Under the pieces are notes generated by a model, which made no database searches, was not told where the DNA came from, and saw nothing but the letters and a program-made list of their open reading frames with translations. From positions 6,857-70,856 of the forward strand of contig CAVUIE010000008.1 in NCBI GenBank assembly GCA_963741445.1: a DNA stretch of 64,000 nt, written 5' to 3'. This DNA comes from an uncultured Chloroflexia bacterium. Lineage in GTDB: Bacteria; Chloroflexota; Limnocylindria; Limnocylindrales; CSP1-4. The first letter of the stretch is position 1. Every line of letters starts with the position of its first letter. Positions 19,607 to 29,697 of this stretch are shown here, piece after piece. The position numbers and the translations under genes were made by a program.

Positions 19607-21049
19607 TCAGAAGTTGATCGACCGTCCGTCGACGGCCATCGCGGCTTCGCCGATGACCTCGGACAGCGTCGGGTGCGGGTGCGTCGCGAGGCCGATCTCC
19701 CACGGGGCGGCCTCGAGCGTGAACCCGAGGCTGGCCTCGGCGATGAGGTCGGTCGCGTGCGGGCCGATGACGTGGACGCCGATGGTGTCGCCGGTCGTGG
19801 TATCGGTGATGACCTTGGCGAAGCCCTCGTACTCGCCCCCGATGAGCGCCTTGGCGATCGCCTGGAACGGGACCTTGCCCACCTTGTAGGGCGTCCCGGC
19901 CGCCTTGACCTGCTCCTCGGTCAGCCCGATCGAGGCGATCTCCGGGCGGCAGTACGTCGCCCGCGGCTGGCTCGCGTAGTCCATCTCGTGGACGCCGGCC
20001 TCGCCGGCGATGGTGTGGGCGGCGGTGATCCCCTCGTGTGCCGCCGTGTGCGCGAGCCACAGCCCGCCGATCGCGTCGCCGATGGCGTAGACGTGCGGCT
20101 CCTTCGTCCGCATGTGGCCGTTCGTCCTGATCACGCCGCGGTCGGTCTCGACCTTGGTGGTCTCCAGGCCGATGTCCTCGATGTTGGCGGCACGACCGGT
20201 CGCCACGAGCATCAGCTCCGCCCGGAGCTCGGCCGGCTCCTTGCCCTCGGGCCCGACCATCACGCAGATGCCGTCCTTGTCGGTGGTCACCGACGCGGGA
20301 TCGAAGCGGGCGTTGGTCATGACGGTGATGCCGCGCTTGGTGAAGCTCCGCTCGAGCGTCTTGCTGACCTCGCCGTCCTCGAGCGGGACGATCCCGGGCA
20401 GGTACTCGAGCACGGTGACCTTCACGCCGACGTCGTGGAACATCGAGGCGAACTCGACCCCGACCGCGCCGGCGCCGACGATGACGATGTCCTTCGGCAG
20501 CGTGTCCATCCGGAGGACGTCGTCGCTGGTCACGATGCGCTTGCCGTCCGGCTCGAGGCCCGGGAGCGACTTCACCCGCGACCCGGTCGCGATGATGACG
20601 TCCGTGGCGTTCAGGACACGATCGCCGCCCTTGCCGGGCGTCCCGTCCTCGCCTGGCTGGCTGACCCGGATCTTGCCCGGCCCGTCCAGGCGTCCGCGAC
20701 CCTCGATCCATGTGACCTTGTTCTTGTCGATCAGCGTCTTGAGCCCGGTCCACAGGCGCTTGACCACGGCATCGCGGCGGGCCGCCACGGCGGCGTAGTC
20801 GACGACGGCCTCGCCCGGGAGGACCAGGCCGTAGTCCTTGGCGTGTCGGACCCGGTCGGCGAACGCCGCCGATTCGAGGAGCGCCTTGGTCGGGATGCAC
20901 CCGCGGTGAAGGCACGTCCCGCCGATCTTGTCCTGGTCGACGAGCGCGACCTTCAGGCCAAGCTGGGCGGCACGGAACGCAGCGGTGTAGCCGCCCGTGC
21001 CCGCGCCGAGCACGACGAGGTCGAAGTCATTGGAGGAGCCGACGGCCAT
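19607..21049 (-). CDS. lpd: dihydrolipoyl dehydrogenase (E3)
   Basis: Intact 480-aa ORF with the FAD motif VVLGAGTGGY, the redox-active disulfide GGTCLHRGCIPTK and a C-terminal HPHPTLSE. Confidence 0.93.
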   Translation of the reverse strand: MAVGSSNDFDLVVLGAGTGGYTAAFRAAQLGLKVALVDQDKIGGTCLHRGCIPTKALLESAAFADRVRHAKDYGLVLPGEAVVDYAAVAARRDAVVKRLWTGLKTLIDKNKVTWIEGRGRLDGPGKIRVSQPGEDGTPGKGGDRVLNATDVIIATGSRVKSLPGLEPDGKRIVTSDDVLRMDTLPKDIVIVGAGAVGVEFASMFHDVGVKVTVLEYLPGIVPLEDGEVSKTLERSFTKRGITVMTNARFDPASVTTDKDGICVMVGPEGKEPAELRAELMLVATGRAANIEDIGLETTKVETDRGVIRTNGHMRTKEPHVYAIGDAIGGLWLAHTAAHEGITAAHTIAGEAGVHEMDYASQPRATYCRPEIASIGLTEEQVKAAGTPYKVGKVPFQAIAKALIGGEYEGFAKVITDTTTGDTIGVHVIGPHATDLIAEASLGFTLEAAPWEIGLATHPHPTLSEVIGEAAMAVDGRSINF

Positions 21050-21258
21050 GGGTCAGGGTGCCTCGGATAGCCGACGGTCCAGCGGCCCCGATCGGTCGTC
21101 GACGGGCCGGACGGTCGGAAGGATCATGGAGGTCGATGGTACGCGTGCCGTCGAGCGTCCCGCAACCGAGGGGCAGTCCGGTCGTGGCGCGTGGAGACGG
21201 CCCGACCCGGTGCTAGACTCCGGCCTTCGGGCGCCCGCCCCCACGAACAGGAGCCTCG

Positions 21259-21903
21259 ATGGATCCGGCGATCCTCCGCCTCGTCGTCCTGATGCTCACC
21301 TCATACCTCATCGGCTCCATCCCGATGGGCGTCCTTGCGGCCCGGTTCTCGGGCGGCCCGGACCCGCGAACGATCGGGTCGGGGCGGACCGGTGGGACCA
21401 ACACGCTTCGCGCCCTCGGGCGCGGATGGGCCGCCGTCGTCGTGGTGGGCGATCTGCTCAAGGGCGTGATCCCGGTCCTGCTCGCCAGGGTCGTCACCGG
21501 CGGCGACCCGCTCGCCGAGGTCCTGTGTGGCGGCGCGGCCGTGGCCGGTGCCATCTGGTCGGTCTTCGTCGGGTTCCGGAGCGGCCGCGGGGTCGGGACC
21601 GGTGTCGGCACGATGCTCGTCATCCAGCCCGTGGCGGTCCTCCTGGCCGCACCGGTGTTCGTGGTCGTGATCCTGCTGACCCACTACGTGTCACTCGGCT
21701 CGCTCCTGGGATCGGCCGCGATGTTCCCCGCGATGCTGCTCGTCCTGATGCTCGTCCCCGAGACGCCGCTCCCCTACGTGCTGTACTCGGCGGTCGGCGC
21801 GGCGCTGATCTGGCTCGCCCACGCCGACAACATCGACCGCCTGCTGCACGGCACCGAGCGCAAGTTCGACCTGGGCCTGCTCGCCGGGAAACGGCCAGGC
21901 TGA
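21259..21903 (+). CDS. plsY: glycerol-3-phosphate acyltransferase PlsY
   Basis: Intact 214-aa polytopic protein with SYLIGSIPMG and GSGRTGGTNTLRALG motifs. AGGAG lies upstream of ATG 21259. Confidence 0.9.
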   Translation: MDPAILRLVVLMLTSYLIGSIPMGVLAARFSGGPDPRTIGSGRTGGTNTLRALGRGWAAVVVVGDLLKGVIPVLLARVVTGGDPLAEVLCGGAAVAGAIWSVFVGFRSGRGVGTGVGTMLVIQPVAVLLAAPVFVVVILLTHYVSLGSLLGSAAMFPAMLLVLMLVPETPLPYVLYSAVGAALIWLAHADNIDRLLHGTERKFDLGLLAGKRPG

Positions 21904-22026
21904 ATCGGACGATCACGCTGGTTCGGCGGGCCGTCGGTCGGCCTGCACCGAGAGGATGAGGACTAGCCCCGCTGGCTGCGGACCGGCGGTTGCCTAGCCC
22001 CGACTTTCGGCCGTTCGTACGTGACG

Positions 22027-22776
22027 TCAGGCGTCGGCGAGCGGTGCGGTCGCGAACAGGTGGCTGAACTGCTTGCACCAGACGACCGCGCTGGCGAAGT
22101 CCCCCGGATCCGTGCCGGCAGGCAGGTCGTAGCCGAAGGCGCCATCGGTGGCCTTCAACCGGCCGAGCTCGAGCGATCCATCGGCGTACCCGTCGGCCGA
22201 CGGCGAGAGGTAGACGTAGAGGTCGGGGCCGTTGCGGACCGAGAAGTCCGCGAATCGGAGGCGGTAGCGGCCCGGCGCCGTCTCGACGATCGTCGCGGTC
22301 CCCCGCCCGAAATGGAAGTCGTCGGAGCCGTGGAACGATCCGGTCGCCACGACGGTGGGCCGGGATGCCGTGGGTTCGGCCGTCGGGGTCGCGGTCGGGA
22401 CGTCGCTCGGACCGGCGGTCGCAGGCGTCGATGCGGCCAGTGTCGGGGTCGGGGCAGGCGTGCGATCGGGCGACGGCGGCGGCGCCAGGATCGGCACCGC
22501 GTCGTCGGCCTCCACGAGCGACGTCCGCAGGAAGATCGGTGATGCCAGGTACCACGTGAGTGGCAGCCCGATCGCGAGCACGACCGCGCCGATGGCTCCG
22601 GTCCGGCCCGGATGGCGGCGAGCAGCCGAGAACCAGCCGCGACGAATGGCGAGCCCGAGGATCGCCACCCCGGCGACGATCGAGCCGGCGAGGACGACCA
22701 GGCGCCAGTCGTAGAGGGCGCCGAAGAAGGCGCGACCGAAGTCGTCGAGGAGCTGCATCGGGGCGAACGATGGCAT
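22027..22776 (-). CDS. DM13 domain-containing membrane protein
   Basis: Two N-terminal TM helices and a Pro/Thr linker. The C-terminal text GSFHGSDDFHFGRGTATIVE...YRLRFADFSVRNGPDLYVYLS matches DM13-type domains. Confidence 0.8.
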   Translation of the reverse strand: MPSFAPMQLLDDFGRAFFGALYDWRLVVLAGSIVAGVAILGLAIRRGWFSAARRHPGRTGAIGAVVLAIGLPLTWYLASPIFLRTSLVEADDAVPILAPPPSPDRTPAPTPTLAASTPATAGPSDVPTATPTAEPTASRPTVVATGSFHGSDDFHFGRGTATIVETAPGRYRLRFADFSVRNGPDLYVYLSPSADGYADGSLELGRLKATDGAFGYDLPAGTDPGDFASAVVWCKQFSHLFATAPLADA

Positions 22777-22812
22777 GACCGCGTGACGGCGCGATGACGG
22801 ACGCGGTGCCGG

Positions 22813-24477
22813 TCAGGCGGACGCGGGCGCAGGATCCTCGGGCGGGGCCACCGAGAACTGCCGCCGCGCCGACTCGAGATAGGTCTCGACCTCCCACCCG
22901 CGCCGCGCCTCGTCCCAGCCGAGGACGTCGCCGAGGAGATCGGCGACGCGTGGCGCCACCGCTGCGCCGCGATCCGGCAGCTCCTGGGAGAGCCGGGTCC
23001 GTCGTGTGAGGACATCGTCGACCGAGAGCGCGAGCTCGCGCCGGGCGGCCCACGGCACCTCGGCCTCGATGAACGGCCGACCGTCGACCAGCGGCCTGAC
23101 GAGGTCGAGCGAGCGCCCGAGGTCGAGCACGTCCGGGGCTTCGGTCCCGTGGCGCGCGACGAGCCGCTCGGCCGTCCCAGGCGAGACCGCCGCGAGGTCG
23201 GCGCGGGAACCGAGGTCCGCGGCCAGGCGGTCCAGCTGATCCCGGTCCGCCGCGCCGACCAGTCGAAGGTCCGCGGTCCGGCTGGGCCGGCCCTTCGCGA
23301 GGTCGGTGCCCAGGACCGCGTCGATGACGTCGCCGGCCATCACCCGGTAGGTCGTGTACTTGCCGCCGCCGATGCGCACGACGCCGTTCGCCTCCGTCGA
23401 GACCCGGTGCTCGCGCGACGCCTTGACCGTCGGGCCGTCGGACGGCGCGATCAGCGGCCGCAGCCCGGCGTAGGTGCCGACCACGTCCTCGCGTCGCAGG
23501 TCGACGTCCATCGTCTCGTTCACGGTGTCGAGGAGATGGGTGACCTCCCACCCGGCCGCGGCGGGGTTCTCGGTCGGGCCCTCGTATGGCGCGTCGGTGG
23601 TGCCGATGAGCCAGTGCTCCGGCCACGGCACGAGGAACACGATCTTGCCGGGCACGCGGATGGTCAGCCCGACGGTGTTCGGGATCCGGTGGCGCGGCAC
23701 GACGAGATGCGCGCCGCGGCTCGGCAGGATGCGCAGCGAGCCGCCGCCGAACGGATGGTCGGCGTTCGCCTCCCACACGCCGGTCGCGTCCACGACGGCG
23801 GCCGTCCGGATCTCGACGTCGGCGCCGGTCAGGACGTCGCGGGCGAGGACCGCCTCGATGGAGCCGGCGCTCGCCCCGGCGCGAAGTCCGGTGGCGCGGA
23901 CCCTGGTCACCGCCGTCCCACCCGCGGCGATCGCCGTGCGAGCCACCGCGAGCGTGTAGCGGGCGTCGTCCTCGACGCCGTCGTGATACAGCAGCCCGCC
24001 GCGCAGGCCGTCCGTCCGGAGGGTCGGGGCCATCTCGAGGGTGGCGTCGCGCGAGAGGCGCCGGTGCCAGCCGCCGTCGTGCCGCGCACCGAGGATGTCG
24101 TAGAGCGTCAGGCCGGCGTCGTAGAACGCCTTCGTGGCGAACGGGATCCCGTAGATCGGGAACAGCAGCGGTTCCAGGCGGACGAGATGCGGCGCCAGGT
24201 CGAGCAGACGGGACCGTTCGGCGAGCGCCTCGCGGACCAGCCCGAACCGGAACTGCTCCAGGTAGCGGAGACCGCCGTGGATGAGCCGCGACGAGCGCGA
24301 CGACGTCCCCGAGGCGATGTCGTCCTGCTCGATGAGCGCGGCGCGCATCCCGCGCGACACGGCATCGAGGAGCGCGCCGCTGCCGACGATGCCGCCGCCG
24401 ACGATGACGACGTCCCAGGTGACGTCGGCGAGGGTCTCGAGATCGGAGCGGCGACCGGCGACCGGGTCGGCCGCCAT
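22813..24477 (-). CDS. glpD: FAD-dependent glycerol-3-phosphate dehydrogenase
   Basis: Starts at ATG 24477 (MAADPVAGRRSD), with VVIVGGGIVGSG and SSRSSRLIHGGLRYLEQ, plus the C-terminal GlpD alpha-helical domain. The longer ORF back to 24720 is an off-target extension. Confidence 0.9.
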   Translation of the reverse strand: MAADPVAGRRSDLETLADVTWDVVIVGGGIVGSGALLDAVSRGMRAALIEQDDIASGTSSRSSRLIHGGLRYLEQFRFGLVREALAERSRLLDLAPHLVRLEPLLFPIYGIPFATKAFYDAGLTLYDILGARHDGGWHRRLSRDATLEMAPTLRTDGLRGGLLYHDGVEDDARYTLAVARTAIAAGGTAVTRVRATGLRAGASAGSIEAVLARDVLTGADVEIRTAAVVDATGVWEANADHPFGGGSLRILPSRGAHLVVPRHRIPNTVGLTIRVPGKIVFLVPWPEHWLIGTTDAPYEGPTENPAAAGWEVTHLLDTVNETMDVDLRREDVVGTYAGLRPLIAPSDGPTVKASREHRVSTEANGVVRIGGGKYTTYRVMAGDVIDAVLGTDLAKGRPSRTADLRLVGAADRDQLDRLAADLGSRADLAAVSPGTAERLVARHGTEAPDVLDLGRSLDLVRPLVDGRPFIEAEVPWAARRELALSVDDVLTRRTRLSQELPDRGAAVAPRVADLLGDVLGWDEARRGWEVETYLESARRQFSVAPPEDPAPASA

Positions 24478-24716
24478 CACGTCCGCGGCTCGTCCCCCCG
24501 CCCGTCGACCGGTCGGCGCGAGATCCGCCAGAGCAGCCAGCCCGTGCCGACGATCAGGACGAGGATCGCGAGCGGCGTGTGGAAGACGATCTCCTGGACG
24601 GTCGTCGGCAGCAGGCTCGTGAGCACCGCGAGGCCGAGGACCACCGCGACCACGACCAGCGCGACGATGGCGACCTCGCGCCAGCCCGGCTGGCGGCCGG
24701 ACGCGCCCGGGCTCAG
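24477..24716 (-). CDS. small two-TM membrane protein (start uncertain)
   Basis: The text VAIVALVVVAVVLGLAVLTSLL...TPLAILVLIVGTGWLLWRISRRP is in a frame whose TGA overlaps the glpD ATG (TGATG). No canonical ATG/GTG precedes the first helix. Confidence 0.35.
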   Translation of the reverse strand: MSPGASGRQPGWREVAIVALVVVAVVLGLAVLTSLLPTTVQEIVFHTPLAILVLIVGTGWLLWRISRRPVDGRGDEPRT

Positions 24717-25510
24717 CCACGGTCGGCCTCGGGCGGGATGCCGATCGGTGCGACGAGCACCTTGCCCGCGTGCGCGACGCCGCGGCGGGTCGCGAGACCC
24801 GTCTTCGGCCGGTGGAAGGTGATCGTCAGGTCCGCCCGGACGGCCGGCTCGGACGGCTCGCCGCTCGAGAGGTCGATCGCCGTCGGGGTGTCGACGGCCA
24901 CGACCGGGATGCCACCCGCCCGCGCCTTGACGATCAGTTCCACCGCGGACCGGATGGGATCGCGCAACGGCCCGCTGACCCCGGTGCCGAGCAGCGCGTC
25001 GACGATGACCGCGGCCTTGTCGATCCCGGTCCCGAAGATCGCGACGTCGCGGGCGACCGGCAGGTGGACCTTGCGGATCCCGGTGTCGCGCGCGATGCGG
25101 TCCCAGTTCCGGGCGCTGACCACCCCGGACGGTCGGGCTTCGGGTGCGACCAGCCCGACGATGACCGAGGCGCCGGCGAGTGCGAGCCGGCGCGCGGCCA
25201 CGAGCCCGTCGCCGCCGTTGTTGCCGGGACCGCACAGGATCACGATCGGGCCGGTGCCCCAGCGGTCGAGGTCCACGGCGAGCGCCCGGACCGCGGCGGC
25301 CACGGCCGTGCCGGCATGCTCCATGAGGCGCTCCTGAGGGATCCCGAGCGCCTGCGCCCGGAGGTCGGTGCCGGTCATCGCCTCGCCGGTGATCGGCGGC
25401 AGTGCCGCCTGCGCCGCCCAATGCGCGCGGAGCCCGCGCAGGTCCGCCTCGAAGATCGACGGGTCGTTGGCGGGGAGGGCGGGACCGACGGGATCGGCGG
25501 TGGTGGGCAT
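24713..25510 (-). CDS. nnrE: NAD(P)H-hydrate epimerase (YjeF N-terminal domain only)
   Basis: Starts at ATG 25510 (MPTTADPVG). Carries the motif ILCGPGNNGGDGLVAARRL and DALLGTGVSGPLRDP. No fused dehydratase domain is present. Confidence 0.8.
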   Translation of the reverse strand: MPTTADPVGPALPANDPSIFEADLRGLRAHWAAQAALPPITGEAMTGTDLRAQALGIPQERLMEHAGTAVAAAVRALAVDLDRWGTGPIVILCGPGNNGGDGLVAARRLALAGASVIVGLVAPEARPSGVVSARNWDRIARDTGIRKVHLPVARDVAIFGTGIDKAAVIVDALLGTGVSGPLRDPIRSAVELIVKARAGGIPVVAVDTPTAIDLSSGEPSEPAVRADLTITFHRPKTGLATRRGVAHAGKVLVAPIGIPPEADRG

Positions 25511-25538
25511 CGCGCGGCCAAGCGTAGCCGAACGGTCG

Positions 25539-26460
25539 TCAGTCCATCCGCAGCCGGGCCGACCGGTCCGCTCGAAGCTCGACGAGGCCGTCGTGGGCCA
25601 GTCCGTCGAGCGCGCGATCCACCGCCCGCGGTCGTGGACGCCGATCGGGGCTTCGATCACGATGAACGCGTCGCCGTCCGCCGCCCGGAGACGGTCGAGC
25701 ACGCGGCCGCGCAGCCAGCGGGTGGTCGAGGGGAACGGGACGGCCGGTCGCCGCGCGACCGCCGGGCTGCGTGCGCGGTGGACCGCGGACGGGCGGCCGT
25801 CGGCTCGGACGACGCCGACCGGCACCACGGTCGGGCCGGGCACGATCCGCAGTCCGTCCGTCGCGGCCCGGCAGATCGTCGCCCCGAGGTCCATCAGCGC
25901 GTGCGTCCAGGCGGCCGGCGCGTCGGGCGGGACCGAGGCGTCGGCGAGCGCCTGGACCTGCTCGGGCGGTCGGCGCCGCGCCGTCGTCGGCGGTGATCCG
26001 GGTCAGCACCCGGCGGACGTTGGTGTCGACGGCGCCGACCGGGATGCCGAAGGCGATCGCCGCCACCGCGCGGGCCGTGTACGGGCCGATGCCCGGGAGC
26101 GCCTCGAGGGCGGCGACGTCCGAAGGCACGCGTCCGCCGTGGTCGCGGACGATGATCCGCGCGGCGCGCCACAGGTTCATGCCGCGGCGGTCGTAGCCGA
26201 GGCCCTGCCACTCGCGCAGGACGTCGGCGAGGGTCGCGGCCGCGAGCGACTCGACGGTCGGGAACCGCGCCATGAAGCGCTCCCATCGATCGGCCGCGCG
26301 GGTCGCCTGGGTCTGCTGGGCGATCGCCTCCGAGACGAGCACGGCGTACGGATCGGAGGTCCGCCGGAAGGCGAGCGGCCGGCCCCGAGGCGGCGTACCA
26401 GTCGAGGATCGCGCGCTGCGCGTCGAGCGGGACCACGCGCGGTTCGTCCATCGAGCGCAT
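25539..26460 (-). CDS. HhH-GPD family DNA glycosylase (MutY/Nth-like), frame-disrupted about four times
   Basis: MRSMDEPRVVPLDAQRAILDWYAASG is in the frame of 26529. YAVLVSEAIAQQTQATRA...LPGIGPYTARAVAAIAFG...VDTNVRRVL is in the frame of 26342. ALMDLGATICRA... is in the frame of 25894. The tail AVDRALDGLAHDGLVELRADR ends at 25539. Confidence 0.7.
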
Positions 26461-26546
26461 TATCGCGACGGCGTGCGCCGGTGATCCCCGGGTGAGCCGC
26501 TCGGCGTAGAGTCGTCGTCGCGCATCCAAGCGACCAGGAGTCCGCC

Positions 26547-27265
26547 ATGACCATCGCCGCGTCCACGTTCGCCGGGTTCTCGCCCGACGCGATCGACTTC
26601 CTCGCGGAGCTCGCCCAGAACAACGACCGGGCGTGGTTCCAGCCGCGCAAGGCCGACTACGAGCGGCTCCTGAAGGAACCGATGGAGCAGCTCTGCGTCG
26701 CGCTCGGCGAGTCGTTCCGGGCGAACGGCATCCCGTTGTCGGCGGACCCGGCGAGGTCGCCGTTCCGGATCTACCGGGACGTCCGCTTCTCCAAGGACAA
26801 GCGACCGTACAAGACCGCGGTGGCGGCGAGCTTCGGCTGGTCGGGCGACGGCAACGAGACGCCCGGGCGCTCCCACGCGGACAACGTCCACGCGAGCGGC
26901 GGCTACTTCCACTTCCAGCCCGGCGAGATCTACGTCGGCGGCGGGGTCTGGCATCCGGAGCCGAGCTGGCTCAAGGGCTTCCGCGACCGGATCGTGGACG
27001 ACCAGGACGGCTTCCTGGCGATCGTCGAGGCCCCGGCGTTCGCGCGAGATGTTCGGCATCGATCGGCGACGACGGCGAGTCCCTGAAGCGGGTGCCGACC
27101 GGCTACCCGCCGGACCACCCGGCGGCCGACCTGCTCCGGAAGAAGAACGTCACCTTCGGACGGCGGCTGTCGGATGCGGAGGCGACGAGCCCCGACCTGC
27201 CGTCGGTCATCACGGAGTCGTTCGCGGTGGGCACCCCGCTCCTGCGCTACCTGGCGACCATCTGA
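26547..27265 (+). CDS. DUF2461 (TIGR02453-like) family protein (frame-disrupted near 27040-27060)
   Basis: NNDRAWFQPRKADYERLL and FRIYRDVRFSKDKRPYKT lie in ORF 26547..27086. The C-terminal text SIGDDGESLKRVPTGYPPDHPAADLLRKKNVTF lies in the frame ending at 27265. Confidence 0.75.
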
Positions 27266-27304
27266 GTGCCGGGTCGTTCCGGATGCTCGCGACGATCCGC
27301 GGGC

Positions 27305-28263
27305 ATGACGCCGCGGCTGCGCTTCGGGGCCGCGTTCTGGATCAACCGGACGGACTGGCCGTCGCTCCGCGACGCGTGCCTGGCCGTCGAGCGGGCCGGC
27401 TGGGACAGCCTGTGGGTGGACGACCACCTGCTCGCCGACGAGGGCGACCCGACCGACGCCAAGCTCGAGGGCTGGGCGACGCTCGTCGGCGCTCGCGGTC
27501 CTGACCGAGCGCGTCCGGCTCGGCCTGCTCGTCGGCGCGAACACGTTCCGGAACCCGGGCCTGACCGCGAAGCTCGCGACCACCGTCGACCACCTGTCCG
27601 ACGGGCGCCTCGTCCTCGGGCTCGGCGGCGGCTGGTTCGAGCGCGAGCACGACGCGTTCGGGATCGATTTCGGCAGCGGGTTCGGCGAGCGGCTCGACCG
27701 GCTCGACGAGGCAGTCCGGTCTCATCCGACGGCTGCTCGACGGCGAGCGGGTCACGCACGAGGGCCGCTTCTACCGGATGCACGACGCGCTCTGCGAGCC
27801 GCGCCCGGTCCAGGCGCGGCTCCCGATCCTGATCGGCGGGTCCGGCCCGACCAAGACGCTCCGGACGACGGCGCGCGACGCGGACCTGTGGAACGCCTAC
27901 GGCTCGCCCGAGCGCGTCGCCGAGACCAGCGAGATCCTGCGCGAGCGCTGCGCGGAGATCGGCCGGCCGTTCGAGGCGATCGAGCGGACCGTGACGATCC
28001 ACGCCGTCGTCCGCGACGATGCCGCGACGCGCGACCGAGGCGCCTGGGACGAGATCTCGCGGATCCACGACCTCGCGGACCGCAAGGGCTCCGACGGCAG
28101 CGACCGGGGCCTGTCGGTCGGCGGCAGCCCGCAGGAGGTGGCCGCCTACGTCGACGGCTACCGCCGGATCGGCGTCGAGGAGGTCATCGTCGTGTTCCGG
28201 TCGCCGTTCGACCACGAGACCATCGAGCGGATCGGCGAGGTGCGAGCCGCGCTCGGCGGCTGA
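27305..28263 (+). CDS. LLM-class (luciferase-like) F420-dependent oxidoreductase (two +1 insertions as assembled)
   Basis: MTPRLRFGAAFW...SLWVDDHLL (first frame), then LGLLVGANTFRNPGLTAKLATTVDHLSDGRLVLGLGGGWFEREHDAFG (second frame), then RRLLDGERVTHEGRFYRM...PILIGGSGPTKTLRTTAR (third frame, ending at 28263). Shifts occur near 27485 and 27720. Confidence 0.8.
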
Positions 28264-28266
28264 CCG

Positions 28267-29690
28267 TCAGCCGTCGTCCCGGCCGCAGCAGCCGGCGGAT
28301 CCCCTCGGTCGGCGCCCACAGCCACGACGGCATGTACGTCGCGGCGTACGCGAACTCGGCGGTCTCCTTGTCGATCTCGAACGCCCGGAGGAGCGCCGCG
28401 TCGATCGCCGACGGCTCGCCCGCCTCGCGCAGGCCGTCGCGATACGCGCCGAGGAAGCGCTCGCGCGCTCGCGGGACCCAGCCGGCCAGGTCGAGGCCGG
28501 GCTGCTCGAGCGGGCCGCCGTTGCCGCGCCTCGGCCCGCCGACCGGCGCTGCCCGCCACGTGGTCGAGCGAGCAGCAGCATCGACGCGACGTCGCGCAGC
28601 GGCGAGCGATGGGCGCGCCGCGCCTCGATCGGATCGAGCGGGTCGCCCTCGAAGTCGACGACGCGATAGCCGTCGGGCGCGACCAGGATCTGGCCGAGAT
28701 GCAGGTCGCCGTGCGCCCGGATCACGCGCGGCACCGACGACAGCCCGTCGAAGACCGTGAACGACTCGGCGATCCGCGGCGCGAGGTCGCGCAGCAGCGC
28801 CCGCGTCTCGCCGCTGGTCGCGGCGATCGCCTCGTCGAGGTGCGCTCGGGCCGCCGTCGCCCAGCCGCGGATCTCGGCCCGGGTCGCGTCGCGCGGCGCG
28901 AGCTCGGGGATGTCCGGGCGCGACGCGAGCGCGACGTGGAGACCGGCCGTGAGCGCGCCGACGTCCGCCGCGACCTCGGTCGCGAACTCGAGGCTGACCT
29001 CGCCCGGCGCGAGCAGCCACGCGACCAGCGCCTCGGCCAGCGACTCGTACAGGTCGGCGCCGTCGGCGACGAACGCCTGGGCGACGGCGACCGTCGCCAG
29101 TCCCGTCGCTCGCCGAGACCAGCTCGGCGTAGCCGGCGAGCGGCGGGACGGCCGGGAACCCGACCTCCTCGGACAGGAACGCGACGAGCTCCAGCTCCGG
29201 GTTCAGCCCGGCGTGCAGCCGGCGGTACGCCTTGAGGAGCACGGCCTCGCCGAGGACGACCGACGTGTTGGACTGGTCCGCGCCGAGACGCCCGTTCCGT
29301 GGCGTCGGCGATCGCCGCGGTCATCGCCGGCCCCGGCCGGCAGACCAGGGCGGCCGTCGGCGCGGACGCCGGCCTCGCCGTCGGCCGGGATCGCCCCGAT
29401 CGACGCGCCCGTCGGCCATCGCGGCCGCCAGCGCCCGCCACGCCCCGTCGCCGGGCTCGGCCGGCCGCAGCGGCCGCCCGGTCAGCGCGAACGTGTACCG
29501 CTGCGACGACCGGTCGTCGAGCCCGAGCCGCGCGATCGGCGAGGACGTGCGGCGCGCCGGCATCGAGCTCGAAGGCGTCCTCGAGCTCGATGGAGACGAT
29601 CGTCCGGCCCTTGGCCGCGAACCAGCGCTCGGCGGCGAGCGCGTCCCGGTCGAGGCGCCCGAGGGCGGCCTCGACGGCCGCCCGGGTCAC
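28267..29690 (-). CDS. mak: maltokinase (Mak/Pep2-like) phosphotransferase, frame-disrupted several times
   Basis: N-terminal ERWFAAKGR cap-domain text. The kinase core RVIRAHGDLHLGQILVAPDGYRVVDFEGDPLDPIEARRAHRSPLRDVASML closely resembles the mycobacterial maltokinase catalytic loop. The C-terminal text is LLRAFEIDKETAEFAYAATYMPSWL. The pieces lie in ORFs 28722..29690, 28184..29242 and 28267..28734. Confidence 0.75.
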
Positions 29691-29697
29691 GCCCGCG

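Noticed and set aside
21620-23776. 718-aa minus-strand ORF and similar long Arg-rich ORFs (e.g. 6601..7977, 12901..14445, 13448..15181, 62002..63801).
   Set aside because: Their translations are low-complexity (R/P/G/A). They overlap well-supported genes in another frame or strand (DM13, glpD, lipA, the TLC-HEAT-CNB gene, korA) and contain no recognisable motifs.
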